A stretch of DNA of 64,000 nt from Bacteroidota bacterium (GCA_039111535.1 JBCCIM010000001.1:25959-89958), one strand, 5' to 3'; positions 36,403-44,343 are shown, counted from the first letter of the stretch. The notes: generated by a model from the sequence alone, not told the origin. Made by a program: numbers and translations.

Positions 36403-38658
36403 ATGCGAACCACACTTTTCCTCACGCTTCTCTGTTTGCTCGTACAGCCAGTTTTTGGTCAGCAATATGGGCATCACCTGGACTGGCTCAATGCAGTCAC
36501 AGATGACACATTCATCAACGACGTAGCCCTCGACGCAGACGAATTAGTTTATATCGTTGGGTCTGGCCTTGACAATATAGATTTTGACGGACCAACGATA
36601 ACAGGACAGGGCGGAGAGGCTTCCGTCGATGGTGCTACGATGTTCTTTGCTGCCTATTCCCCTGATGGTCAACTGGTCATGTCGCGCATAATCTCAGCCA
36701 GCATTTTTAGCGAAGGATACGGCATAGCCATTGGCAAATCGGGTGATATTTATGTAGCCGGCATCGTGCGGGGTATTGCTGATTTTGATGGCCCCAATAG
36801 TACCGATAAGGGAGGAGAGGTCCTCACCGAAAAACCCGAGCTTTTCATTGCCCGATACACCGCATCCAACAACCTGGTATGGGTAACAACAACAAATACC
36901 TTTGAAGGAGATGGCTTTCAGTATCCGGACGCATCTGACTACGAGGACCGCATCAAACTTGAAGTCAGTCTGCAGGGAAATGTCTACGTGTCCGCTGAGT
37001 ATTTGCAGGAAGGGCCTGTCGACTTTGACGGCCCCCACACTAAAGGACAAGGGGGAGAGATCCATCTGAATATCGATTCATTTGTCGCCAAGTATGACGC
37101 GCAAGGTGCCCTGTTGTGGGTCAATCATATTCTGACTGAGACCGCCTATTCAGGAATTGTTGACCTGGACGTTAATCATAACGATGAGGTCTTCATTGTC
37201 GGAGGCTTTGATGCGCGCATCGATCTGGATGGCCTTGAAACCAATGCGCAGGGAGGCGAACTGATCACGCCCCAGCACAAAATGTTTTTGGCCAAATATG
37301 ATGTGAATGGCATCTTGCAATGGGCAACAACACCAACCGGTGCATCAACAAAAGGATTTGGCGTCGAGATAACGCCTAAAGGGAATATTTATGCCGCCGG
37401 CAATTTTAAAGGCAGCGTAGATTTTGACGGCCCCTTTACAACAGGACAAGGAGGAGAACTGGTATCAACCGGGGCATACAGAGACTATTTTCTTGCCCGG
37501 TATCAACCAAACGGGGTACTGGATTGGGTCAACCTGATCGATACAAAATCCACGTGTTGTGATGAAAGCCGCGGCCCAGATATAGCAACAGGATTTTCCG
37601 GGGTGTACGCGATCGGACAATTTGAGCGTGAAGTTGATTTTGATGGCCCTAAAGCACACGGTGATGGCAGCAGATTTTTTATCCCGGACGCCCAAAGCTC
37701 GTTTATTGCCAAGTACAACCATGCCGGCGACTTCTTATGGGCCAAACCAGGTACAAGTGCCGGCAATTATAGCAGAGCCTCTTCCATTTCGGTGTTTGGG
37801 TCAGATGAGCACATCGCCATGACTGGACATTTTGTAGAAAGCTTCTCATTCGAAGGATCTACGATTACAGGTACACCGGGTGCCCCCCAATTCTGGGATT
37901 ATTTTGTTGCCAAACTCAATCCCAACGTTTTTGGTCAGGCACCACAACCGCCTTATTCAATAAAGCCTTTTACCTTCTTCGAAGCTGAGTCCCACGTCTT
38001 CATCCACCCCGAAGACATCGTTGCCAGCCTGGTTGATTCACAAGGTGATGAGATGCCCGTCGAATCAGCTATCTTCACCGCCGTCACAGCAGACGAAGAA
38101 CTCCAACACGAGTTGCTCATCGACGGCTGCCAGTTCCTCGGCCTGCCGGCTTTGCTTGATGAAGAAACCAACGGCCACGTCTACACCATCCACATGGCAG
38201 CGACCGACCGCTACGGCGTAACCGGTGAATGGCAGGTGCCGGTACACATCATACGCGAAGGCATGGAAGAAGCTGAGCAAGACGAGACTGTGTTTGAGGC
38301 CGTCGTCTGCTCAGAAAACGAAACCGGCCAGGCCCAAAGCAGCAAGGACCAGCTACACCTTACACGTCATGCCGGACTTGATCCGGTATCCAGAAAAGAG
38401 CCAACACTCACCGCCTACCCAAACCCATTCAATCCACAGACAACCCTGTCGCTATCGCTCCCAGTCGCCCAGCACGTCCGCGTCGCAGTCTACGACATGC
38501 TGGGCCGGCAGGTAGCGCTCATCCACGACGGATTGCTGGATGCCAACCAATCCCACAGCTTCACCTTCGATGCCGCGAAGCTCCCAAGCGGCGCTTATCT
38601 GGTGCGGGTGCAGGGTGAGGGCTTTGTCCAGAGCCGGCGCATCAGCCTGGTGAAGTAA
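36403..38658 (+). CDS. T9SS-secreted seven-bladed beta-propeller repeat protein, paralog 1
   Basis: Signal peptide, then seven blades (..VY..G...DFDGP..TGQGGE....F.AKY...G.L.W), an acidic ~115-aa domain, and the YPNPFNPQTT..VAVYDMLGRQV..SGAYLV CTD. Confidence 0.9.
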   Translation: MRTTLFLTLLCLLVQPVFGQQYGHHLDWLNAVTDDTFINDVALDADELVYIVGSGLDNIDFDGPTITGQGGEASVDGATMFFAAYSPDGQLVMSRIISASIFSEGYGIAIGKSGDIYVAGIVRGIADFDGPNSTDKGGEVLTEKPELFIARYTASNNLVWVTTTNTFEGDGFQYPDASDYEDRIKLEVSLQGNVYVSAEYLQEGPVDFDGPHTKGQGGEIHLNIDSFVAKYDAQGALLWVNHILTETAYSGIVDLDVNHNDEVFIVGGFDARIDLDGLETNAQGGELITPQHKMFLAKYDVNGILQWATTPTGASTKGFGVEITPKGNIYAAGNFKGSVDFDGPFTTGQGGELVSTGAYRDYFLARYQPNGVLDWVNLIDTKSTCCDESRGPDIATGFSGVYAIGQFEREVDFDGPKAHGDGSRFFIPDAQSSFIAKYNHAGDFLWAKPGTSAGNYSRASSISVFGSDEHIAMTGHFVESFSFEGSTITGTPGAPQFWDYFVAKLNPNVFGQAPQPPYSIKPFTFFEAESHVFIHPEDIVASLVDSQGDEMPVESAIFTAVTADEELQHELLIDGCQFLGLPALLDEETNGHVYTIHMAATDRYGVTGEWQVPVHIIREGMEEAEQDETVFEAVVCSENETGQAQSSKDQLHLTRHAGLDPVSRKEPTLTAYPNPFNPQTTLSLSLPVAQHVRVAVYDMLGRQVALIHDGLLDANQSHSFTFDAAKLPSGAYLVRVQGEGFVQSRRISLVK

Positions 38659-38712
38659 GCCTCCTCACTCCTAACTCACTACTGAAAACCATACCATCAT
38701 GAAATACCTACG
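37981..38712 (+). repeat. Conserved 3' cassette, copy 1 (C-terminal module + spacer + next start)
   Basis: Aligns by eye at roughly 90% nt identity with 40271-41006 and 42508-43185. Similarity continues through the stop, the spacer and ATGAAATACCTACG. Confidence 0.9.
38362..38394 (+). repeat. REP-like hairpin element embedded in-frame in paralog 1
   Basis: Same 33-mer as the intergenic copy at 31662-31694. It is translated as TRHAGLDPVSR. Confidence 0.9.
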
Positions 38713-40948
38713 CCCTATTCTTGCTACTACTTTACTTTTTGTCCTGGTAGAGTCGGCTACAGCCCAGCAATTTGGTCATCACCTTGATTGGCTTAAAGGG
38801 CCTTTAGATAATGTCACTATTCGCGAGAGTGTCATTGGAATGGATGAATCAGTTTACATATGGGGATCAGGCAAAGGAGCGATTGACCTTGATGGCCCTG
38901 CCAGTTCAGGACAAGGTGGTGAACAGTTCTTAACCGAATGGAAAACCATCTTGGCTAAATATGACAAACATGGAAAATTGACATGGTTCAAGATCATCTA
39001 CCATACGGCTGACTTATGGCATTTAAACGGCGTACACAGTATGGCTATCGGGCCACACGGTGATCTTTATCTCGTTGGAAAAGGAGAGGATTCCTTTGAC
39101 TTTGATGGGCCGAATATAACAGGCCAAGGGGGTGAAATCTACTTTGAAAGGGATGAAATATTCATTGCTAAATACAATGCACAGGGTTGGCTCTCATGGG
39201 TCATACAAACCACATCAACCGAAGGAATTGGCGTCGATAATAGTAAAAACCTAAAAATCCAAACAGGTCCATACGATGACGTCTTTGTTTTCGGAGGACT
39301 GGGAAAAGGTACCGTTGATTTCGATGGCACCACGAAAACCGGCCAGGGAGGTGAATTAACAATTCCAACAGGCGGTTTCTATACATTTCTAGCAAAATAC
39401 AATGGGATTAGCGCACTGCAATGGGTCAAGCGCATTCGAATAAACGATCTCTTTAACTATCAAGAATTAAGCGTTAGCAACAATAATGAACCGTTCATTG
39501 CAAGTAAACAATCAGGACCGATAGACCTGGATGGTCCACACATAACTGGCCAAGGTGGTGAAATGATCTTAGACTACGATCAACTGATATTGGCGAAGTT
39601 TGATACTTATGGCAGTTTTTTGTGGGCCCGAAAAACCGCTTCATCCTCAGGATTTGTTAATGTACTTAGTGTTGACGCAAGTCCAGATGGAGCGGTATAT
39701 GTAGTAGCAGATATCTTAGAATGGATAGATTTTGACGGCCCCTTAACGACCGGCCAAGGCGGTGAAATCCAGGGTGGAGAAGACTTTGCTGACATCTGGA
39801 CCTATTCTATCCTCGCCAGATACGAGGCAGATGGGACGTTCGGTTGGGTTAAGTTAATAAAATTAAATTTGGGTGACAGCATACCATCTATTCAAGCAGG
39901 CAGCTCAGGTGTTTACATAGCAGGGGATTTTCGTGAAACCATGGATCTTGACGGCCCAGATCTAGACCATCCAGGTAGTAGTGCAACCACTAGCATAGGG
40001 ACCTCCAGCGCATTTGTAGCCAAATATCTACACGATGGATCCTTCAATTGGGCCATGGTAGGTTCTGAAATGAGCACCTCCCGTTCGCTGGCGCTTACCG
40101 AACCCACAGAACACCTAGTATACAATGGTATTTTTAAAAACAGCTTCTTGTTTGAAGGATCAACGGTGGGTAGTCAAGACGACAATTGGGAACAGTTTAT
40201 CGCAAAAATAGACCCTACCACATTAGTAGGCCCTGGCCCACCTTACAGCCTTACCCCAATCCCACTCTACGAAGCTGAATCCCACGTCTTCATCCACCCC
40301 GAAGACATCGTTGCCAGCCTGGTTGATTCACAAGGTGATGAGATGCCTGTCGAATCAGCCATCTTCACCGCCGTCACCGCTGACGAAGAACTGGAAGACG
40401 AGCTGCTCATGGATGGCTGCCAGTTCCTCGGCCTGCCGGCTTTGCTTGATGAAGAAACCAACGGCCGCGTCTACACCATCCATATGGCTGTGACTGATCG
40501 CTATGGTGAAATCGGCGAGTGGCAAGTGCCGGTACACATCATACGCGAAGGCATGGAAGAAGCTGAGCAGGACGAGACAGCTTTCGAAGCAGTTGTCTGC
40601 TCAGAAAACGAAACCGGCAAAGCCCAAAGCAAAGACGATCAACTCAACCTTACACGTCATGCCGGACTTGATCCGGTATCCAGAAAAGAGCCAGCGCTCA
40701 CCGCCTACCCGAATCCGTTCAATCCACAGACAACCGTGTCGCTATCGCTCCCATCCACCCAGCACGTCCGCGTGGCGGTCTACGACATGCTCGGCCGGCA
40801 GGTAGCGCTCATCCACAACGGGATGCTGGATGCCAACCAATCCCACAGCTTCACTTTTGATGCCGCAAAGCTCCGAAGCGGCGCTTACCTGGTGCGTGTG
40901 CAAGGTGAGAGCTTTGTCCAGAGCCGGCGCATCAGCCTCGTGAAGTAA
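38699..40948 (+). CDS. T9SS-secreted seven-bladed beta-propeller repeat protein, paralog 2
   Basis: Same architecture as paralog 1. The N-terminal 520 aa are strongly diverged and AT-richer, while the C-terminal 226 aa are nearly identical. Confidence 0.9.
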   Translation: MKYLRPILATTLLFVLVESATAQQFGHHLDWLKGPLDNVTIRESVIGMDESVYIWGSGKGAIDLDGPASSGQGGEQFLTEWKTILAKYDKHGKLTWFKIIYHTADLWHLNGVHSMAIGPHGDLYLVGKGEDSFDFDGPNITGQGGEIYFERDEIFIAKYNAQGWLSWVIQTTSTEGIGVDNSKNLKIQTGPYDDVFVFGGLGKGTVDFDGTTKTGQGGELTIPTGGFYTFLAKYNGISALQWVKRIRINDLFNYQELSVSNNNEPFIASKQSGPIDLDGPHITGQGGEMILDYDQLILAKFDTYGSFLWARKTASSSGFVNVLSVDASPDGAVYVVADILEWIDFDGPLTTGQGGEIQGGEDFADIWTYSILARYEADGTFGWVKLIKLNLGDSIPSIQAGSSGVYIAGDFRETMDLDGPDLDHPGSSATTSIGTSSAFVAKYLHDGSFNWAMVGSEMSTSRSLALTEPTEHLVYNGIFKNSFLFEGSTVGSQDDNWEQFIAKIDPTTLVGPGPPYSLTPIPLYEAESHVFIHPEDIVASLVDSQGDEMPVESAIFTAVTADEELEDELLMDGCQFLGLPALLDEETNGRVYTIHMAVTDRYGEIGEWQVPVHIIREGMEEAEQDETAFEAVVCSENETGKAQSKDDQLNLTRHAGLDPVSRKEPALTAYPNPFNPQTTVSLSLPSTQHVRVAVYDMLGRQVALIHNGMLDANQSHSFTFDAAKLRSGAYLVRVQGESFVQSRRISLVK

Positions 40949-41006
40949 GGCTCCTCACTCCTATCTCCTAACTCACTACTCAAAACACCATCATGAAATA
41001 CCTACG
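40271..41006 (+). repeat. Conserved 3' cassette, copy 2
   Basis: See 37981-38712. The spacer differs by a short indel. Confidence 0.9.
40652..40684 (+). repeat. REP-like hairpin element embedded in-frame in paralog 2
   Basis: Identical 33-mer ACACGTCATGCCGGACTTGATCCGGTATCCAGA. Confidence 0.9.
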
Positions 41007-43185
41007 TCTAGCTCTCACAATCGCCGTACTTTGTATCTGCGTTCCAGCTTCCGCACAATTCCCAACTGAATTACAATGGCTGTATGGCATAACAGGGGAC
41101 TATTACCCCAGGGACATGGTCATTAGTCCTGATGGGGATATTTACACGGTTGGCGTCATTTCTAGCGCGGCCGATTTGAACGGGCCGGCAATACCCGGAG
41201 GTGAAATACAGGTAAAAGGGACGCATCAAATGATCGTCAAATACAGCGCAAGCGGAGATATTCTGTGGACACGGCTGCTCAAGCAAGACGGATCGATTTA
41301 TATCAAGCTTGGCCCTGCGCAAGAAGTGTACTTGACTGGCACAGTTGCCGGCTGGATAGACCTGGATGGCCCCTCCCTCACAGGCCAGGGCGGAGAACGC
41401 TACATGGGCGAATCCCGAGCAATTTTTATCGCGCAGTACACATCAGACAATACATTCAACTGGGTAAAAAAGATAAACGCCCACTCAATTTACGGAAATG
41501 AGTTTGATGTCAGTCCGGATGGCAGCCTGTATCTAAGGGGACATTTCTGGGACGTCGTTGATTTTGACGGGCAGCTGAATACGGGCCAAGGTGGGGAGTT
41601 GTATGCAGATGACATGGGCTATTTTGTAGCCAAGTTTTCATCAAACGGATCATTTTTGTGGACCAAACAGATTGTACCCGAGACCAATGGCAGCTCGCAT
41701 GTAACCAAGGGTATTCGCGCCGGCACGAACAATGAACTCTATATCCTCTACCACTCAAGAGGTTATATAGATCTTGATGGCCCAACAATCACAGACCAGG
41801 GTGGGGAATGGGATGTACCGAGCGATGAGTTACTTCTCGCAAAATACGCTGCAACCGGTAACCTGGAATGGGTCACGCACACCGTGTCACCTAAAGGCAA
41901 TTTCTGGGTCGAAGATTTGGATGTTGGTCCTGATGGATATGTCTATGTTGCCGGGTCCGTACGAGGCCGTATTGATTTTGATGGCCCATACAAAACAGGA
42001 CAGGGCGGAGAGTTTACAGCCGTAGCGTTTAGCGATATGTTTATAGCAAAGTTTACGGCGCACGGAGATTTTGAAAGAGTAATCACAGCCACCGGCCCAG
42101 ACTTTGATCAAGCAAAGGACGTATCCGTAAGTGCCTCAGCTATTTACCTTACCGGATATTTTCAGGAAGCTATCGATTTTGATGGCCCCAACACCCAGGC
42201 GGCAGGTGGTGAAGTCACGGGACAAATACTGCAAAACCTGTTTCTGGTAAGCTATACCCACGACGGTGATTTCTTATGGGTCAAAACTTCAGAGGGAGGG
42301 TTTGGTGAAAATATCGGATACTACCTTGATGCCAACGAAAATGACCAGCTTGCCTTTTATGGTCATGTTATCGACCCGGCTTCTTTTGAAGGTGCTGAAA
42401 TCATAAACACCTTTCAGTTTATCTCCTTGCTCGACAAAGCCGGACTAACAGAATACGAAGAACCCACACCGCCTTATCATATCGACCCGGTTGTGTTTTA
42501 TGAAGTCGAAGCTGAATCCCACGTCTTCATCCACCCCGAAGACATCGTCACCAGTCTGGTTGATTCACAGGGCGGTGAAATGCCCGTCGAGTCCGCCATC
42601 TTCACCGCCGTCACAGCGGACGAGGAGTTGGAAGATGAACTACTCATGGACGGCTGCCAGTTCCTCGGCCTGCCAGCTTTGCTTGATGAAGAAACCAACG
42701 GCCGCGTCTACACCGTCCACATGGCAGCCACCGACCGCTACGGCGTAACTGGTGAATGGCAGGTCCCAGTACACATCATCCGCGAAGGCATGGAAGAAGC
42801 TGAGCAAGACGAGACAGCCTTCGAAGCCGTCGTCTGCTCAGAAAACGAAACCGGCCAGGCCCAAAGCAAAGACGATCAACTCAACCTGACACGTCATGCC
42901 GGACTTGATCCAGTATCCAGAAAAGAGCCGACGCTCACCGCCTACCCAAATCCATTTAACCCGCAGACAACCCTGTCGCTATCGCTCCCAGTCACCCAGC
43001 ACGTCCGCGTCGCCGTCTACGACATGCTCGGCCGGCAGGTAGCGCTCATCCACGACGGATTGCTGTATGCCAACCAATCCCACAGCTTCACCTTCGATGC
43101 CACAAAGCTCCCAAGCGGTGCTTATCTCGTGAGGGCGCAAGGCGAGGGTTTTGTCCAGAGCCGGCGCATTAGCCTGGTGAAGTAG
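40993..43185 (+). CDS. T9SS-secreted seven-bladed beta-propeller repeat protein, paralog 3
   Basis: Same architecture: signal peptide MKYLRLALTIAVLCICVPASAQ, seven blades, conserved cassette and CTD. Confidence 0.9.
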   Translation: MKYLRLALTIAVLCICVPASAQFPTELQWLYGITGDYYPRDMVISPDGDIYTVGVISSAADLNGPAIPGGEIQVKGTHQMIVKYSASGDILWTRLLKQDGSIYIKLGPAQEVYLTGTVAGWIDLDGPSLTGQGGERYMGESRAIFIAQYTSDNTFNWVKKINAHSIYGNEFDVSPDGSLYLRGHFWDVVDFDGQLNTGQGGELYADDMGYFVAKFSSNGSFLWTKQIVPETNGSSHVTKGIRAGTNNELYILYHSRGYIDLDGPTITDQGGEWDVPSDELLLAKYAATGNLEWVTHTVSPKGNFWVEDLDVGPDGYVYVAGSVRGRIDFDGPYKTGQGGEFTAVAFSDMFIAKFTAHGDFERVITATGPDFDQAKDVSVSASAIYLTGYFQEAIDFDGPNTQAAGGEVTGQILQNLFLVSYTHDGDFLWVKTSEGGFGENIGYYLDANENDQLAFYGHVIDPASFEGAEIINTFQFISLLDKAGLTEYEEPTPPYHIDPVVFYEVEAESHVFIHPEDIVTSLVDSQGGEMPVESAIFTAVTADEELEDELLMDGCQFLGLPALLDEETNGRVYTVHMAATDRYGVTGEWQVPVHIIREGMEEAEQDETAFEAVVCSENETGQAQSKDDQLNLTRHAGLDPVSRKEPTLTAYPNPFNPQTTLSLSLPVTQHVRVAVYDMLGRQVALIHDGLLYANQSHSFTFDATKLPSGAYLVRAQGEGFVQSRRISLVK
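42508..43185 (+). repeat. Conserved 3' cassette, copy 3
   Basis: See 37981-38712. Similarity ends at the stop codon, and the downstream sequence is unrelated. Confidence 0.9.
42889..42921 (+). repeat. REP-like hairpin element embedded in-frame in paralog 3
   Basis: Same element with one stem-breaking substitution (TCCAGT instead of TCCGGT). Confidence 0.85.
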
Positions 43186-43268
43186 CGCCGGCAAATCGTA
43201 TCTACAGTTTCTTTAGCGCGGATTCTCTATTTGGGGGCATCTATCCGTTCCACCGAACCTTAAACTCC

Positions 43269-43718
43269 ATGCGATTTCTGTCCATCTTGATTCTAGGCGG
43301 CGTACTCCTGACCGGTCTGCTTTTTTTCCAAATGAAGAAGTCTGAGACTGAAGCTGCCACCCTTGCTAAAGAAGTAGAAATGGAAATGTCAGCCCCCGAT
43401 ATGTCTGAAGCTGTACGCCATGTTGTTGTTTTCAAGTATAAACCCGAAGCCACCGAAGCACAGATCCAGGAAATCACTGATGCTTTTAAAGCACTGGAAG
43501 ACCAGATTCCCGGCATCATTGGTTTTGAGCATGGGGTAAACAACAGCCCGGAAGGGTTGAACCAGGACTTCACCCACGTGTACCTGATGACCTTCGAAAA
43601 CGAAGAAGCCCGCGACACCTACCTGCCCCACCCCAAACATGCCGCCTTTGGCGAGATCCTGATGGGGTCGGGGATTTTTGATGGTGCGTTTGTGGTGGAC
43701 TATACGATTGCAGACTAA
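43269..43718 (+). CDS. Dabb (stress-responsive A/B-barrel) domain protein with N-terminal signal/anchor
   Basis: TM/signal segment MRFLSILILGGVLLTGLLFF, then a Dabb core VRHVVVFKYKPEAT...FTHVYLMTFENEEARDTYLPHPKH. Confidence 0.85.
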   Translation: MRFLSILILGGVLLTGLLFFQMKKSETEAATLAKEVEMEMSAPDMSEAVRHVVVFKYKPEATEAQIQEITDAFKALEDQIPGIIGFEHGVNNSPEGLNQDFTHVYLMTFENEEARDTYLPHPKHAAFGEILMGSGIFDGAFVVDYTIAD

Positions 43719-43721
43719 GGC

Positions 43722-43744
43722 AAACGAACCGGATCGGTTCGTTT
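43722..43744 (+). terminator. Strong hairpin directly after the Dabb stop
   Basis: AAACGAACCG-GAT-CGGTTCGTTT (10-bp stem) followed by ATTGTCGATTTTCG. It is the first convincing hairpin downstream of the paralog array. Confidence 0.6.
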
Positions 43745-43746
43745 AT

Positions 43747-43892
43747 TGTCGATTTTCGATTGCCGAGTGTCGATTTATGTTTTTCATTTAAAACAATCGG
43801 CATTCGGCATTCCTTTCTGGATACCGGATCAAGTCCGGCATGACGTGATAAAGAAGCTATGCGTTAGCCCCAAAGCCAATCGAAAATCGACA
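43747..43892. repeat. MITE-like composite repeat bounded by 16-bp perfect inverted repeats
   Basis: TGTCGATTTTCGATTG (43747-43762) is the exact reverse complement of CAATCGAAAATCGACA (43877-43892). The interior carries a GAATGCCGA module and a REP hairpin copy. Confidence 0.6.
43816..43847 (-). repeat. REP-like hairpin element, intergenic copy in reverse orientation
   Basis: Reverse complement reads CACGTCATGCCGGACTTGATCCGGTATCCAGA. Confidence 0.9.
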
Positions 43893-43914
43893 TTCGAAAA
43901 TCGAAAATCCTCCC

Positions 43915-44343
43915 CTATCGGTCGCTGCGCTGTTTCAGCTTCTTCCTAAAGTCCTTCAGCGCAATGAGGGCAACTCCACTCGTTATTACGGCACCGATGC
44001 CAAATACCCACTTCCCTATGATACCGTTGGTGGTTTGATCGAGGAAAGGCAGGCCCCCAGAGATGTTTTCCGGGTCACCATTGAATGCAATCCAAAAGCC
44101 CATAATGGCCATGGGTATCAAAATCAAAACCGCCATGCCGGCGCGCATGGGAGTGTCCTCATCAAAACCAAGCGCACCGCCACAGGCCATTAACACAAAC
44201 CCCACCAGACCAAGAATCCAGCGGGGTGCATTAAACGAATCAGGGGGAGCTGGAATGAAACCAGCAGCTGTTGCGGTGATAAATGCGCCAAGCAGGATGC
44301 AGAACAAAGCAAGCCAACCCGGCACACGCGTATTTGCCATCAC
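43915..44343 (-). CDS. Hypothetical four-TM membrane protein
   Basis: 142-aa hydrophobic ORF ending with a basic tail. Lies immediately downstream of the helicase gene on the same strand. Confidence 0.65.
   Translation of the reverse strand: MMANTRVPGWLALFCILLGAFITATAAGFIPAPPDSFNAPRWILGLVGFVLMACGGALGFDEDTPMRAGMAVLILIPMAIMGFWIAFNGDPENISGGLPFLDQTTNGIIGKWVFGIGAVITSGVALIALKDFRKKLKQRSDR

Noticed and set aside
37953-38171. Conserved antisense ORFs MVSSSSKAGRPRNWQPSMS... present in all three paralogs (also 40267-40461 and 42498-42698).
   Set aside because: Their conservation is a by-product of lying inside the homogenised 678-nt cassette. They have no independent start context, and their Ser-rich low-complexity sequence is not protein-like.
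36403-43185. Whether the variable-head/constant-tail paralogs are a diversity-generating retroelement or an invertase-driven phase-variation or shufflon locus.
   Set aside because: The window contains no reverse transcriptase, no template repeat with adenine-specific differences, no site-specific recombinase and no inverted cassette copies. All three genes are complete and co-oriented.
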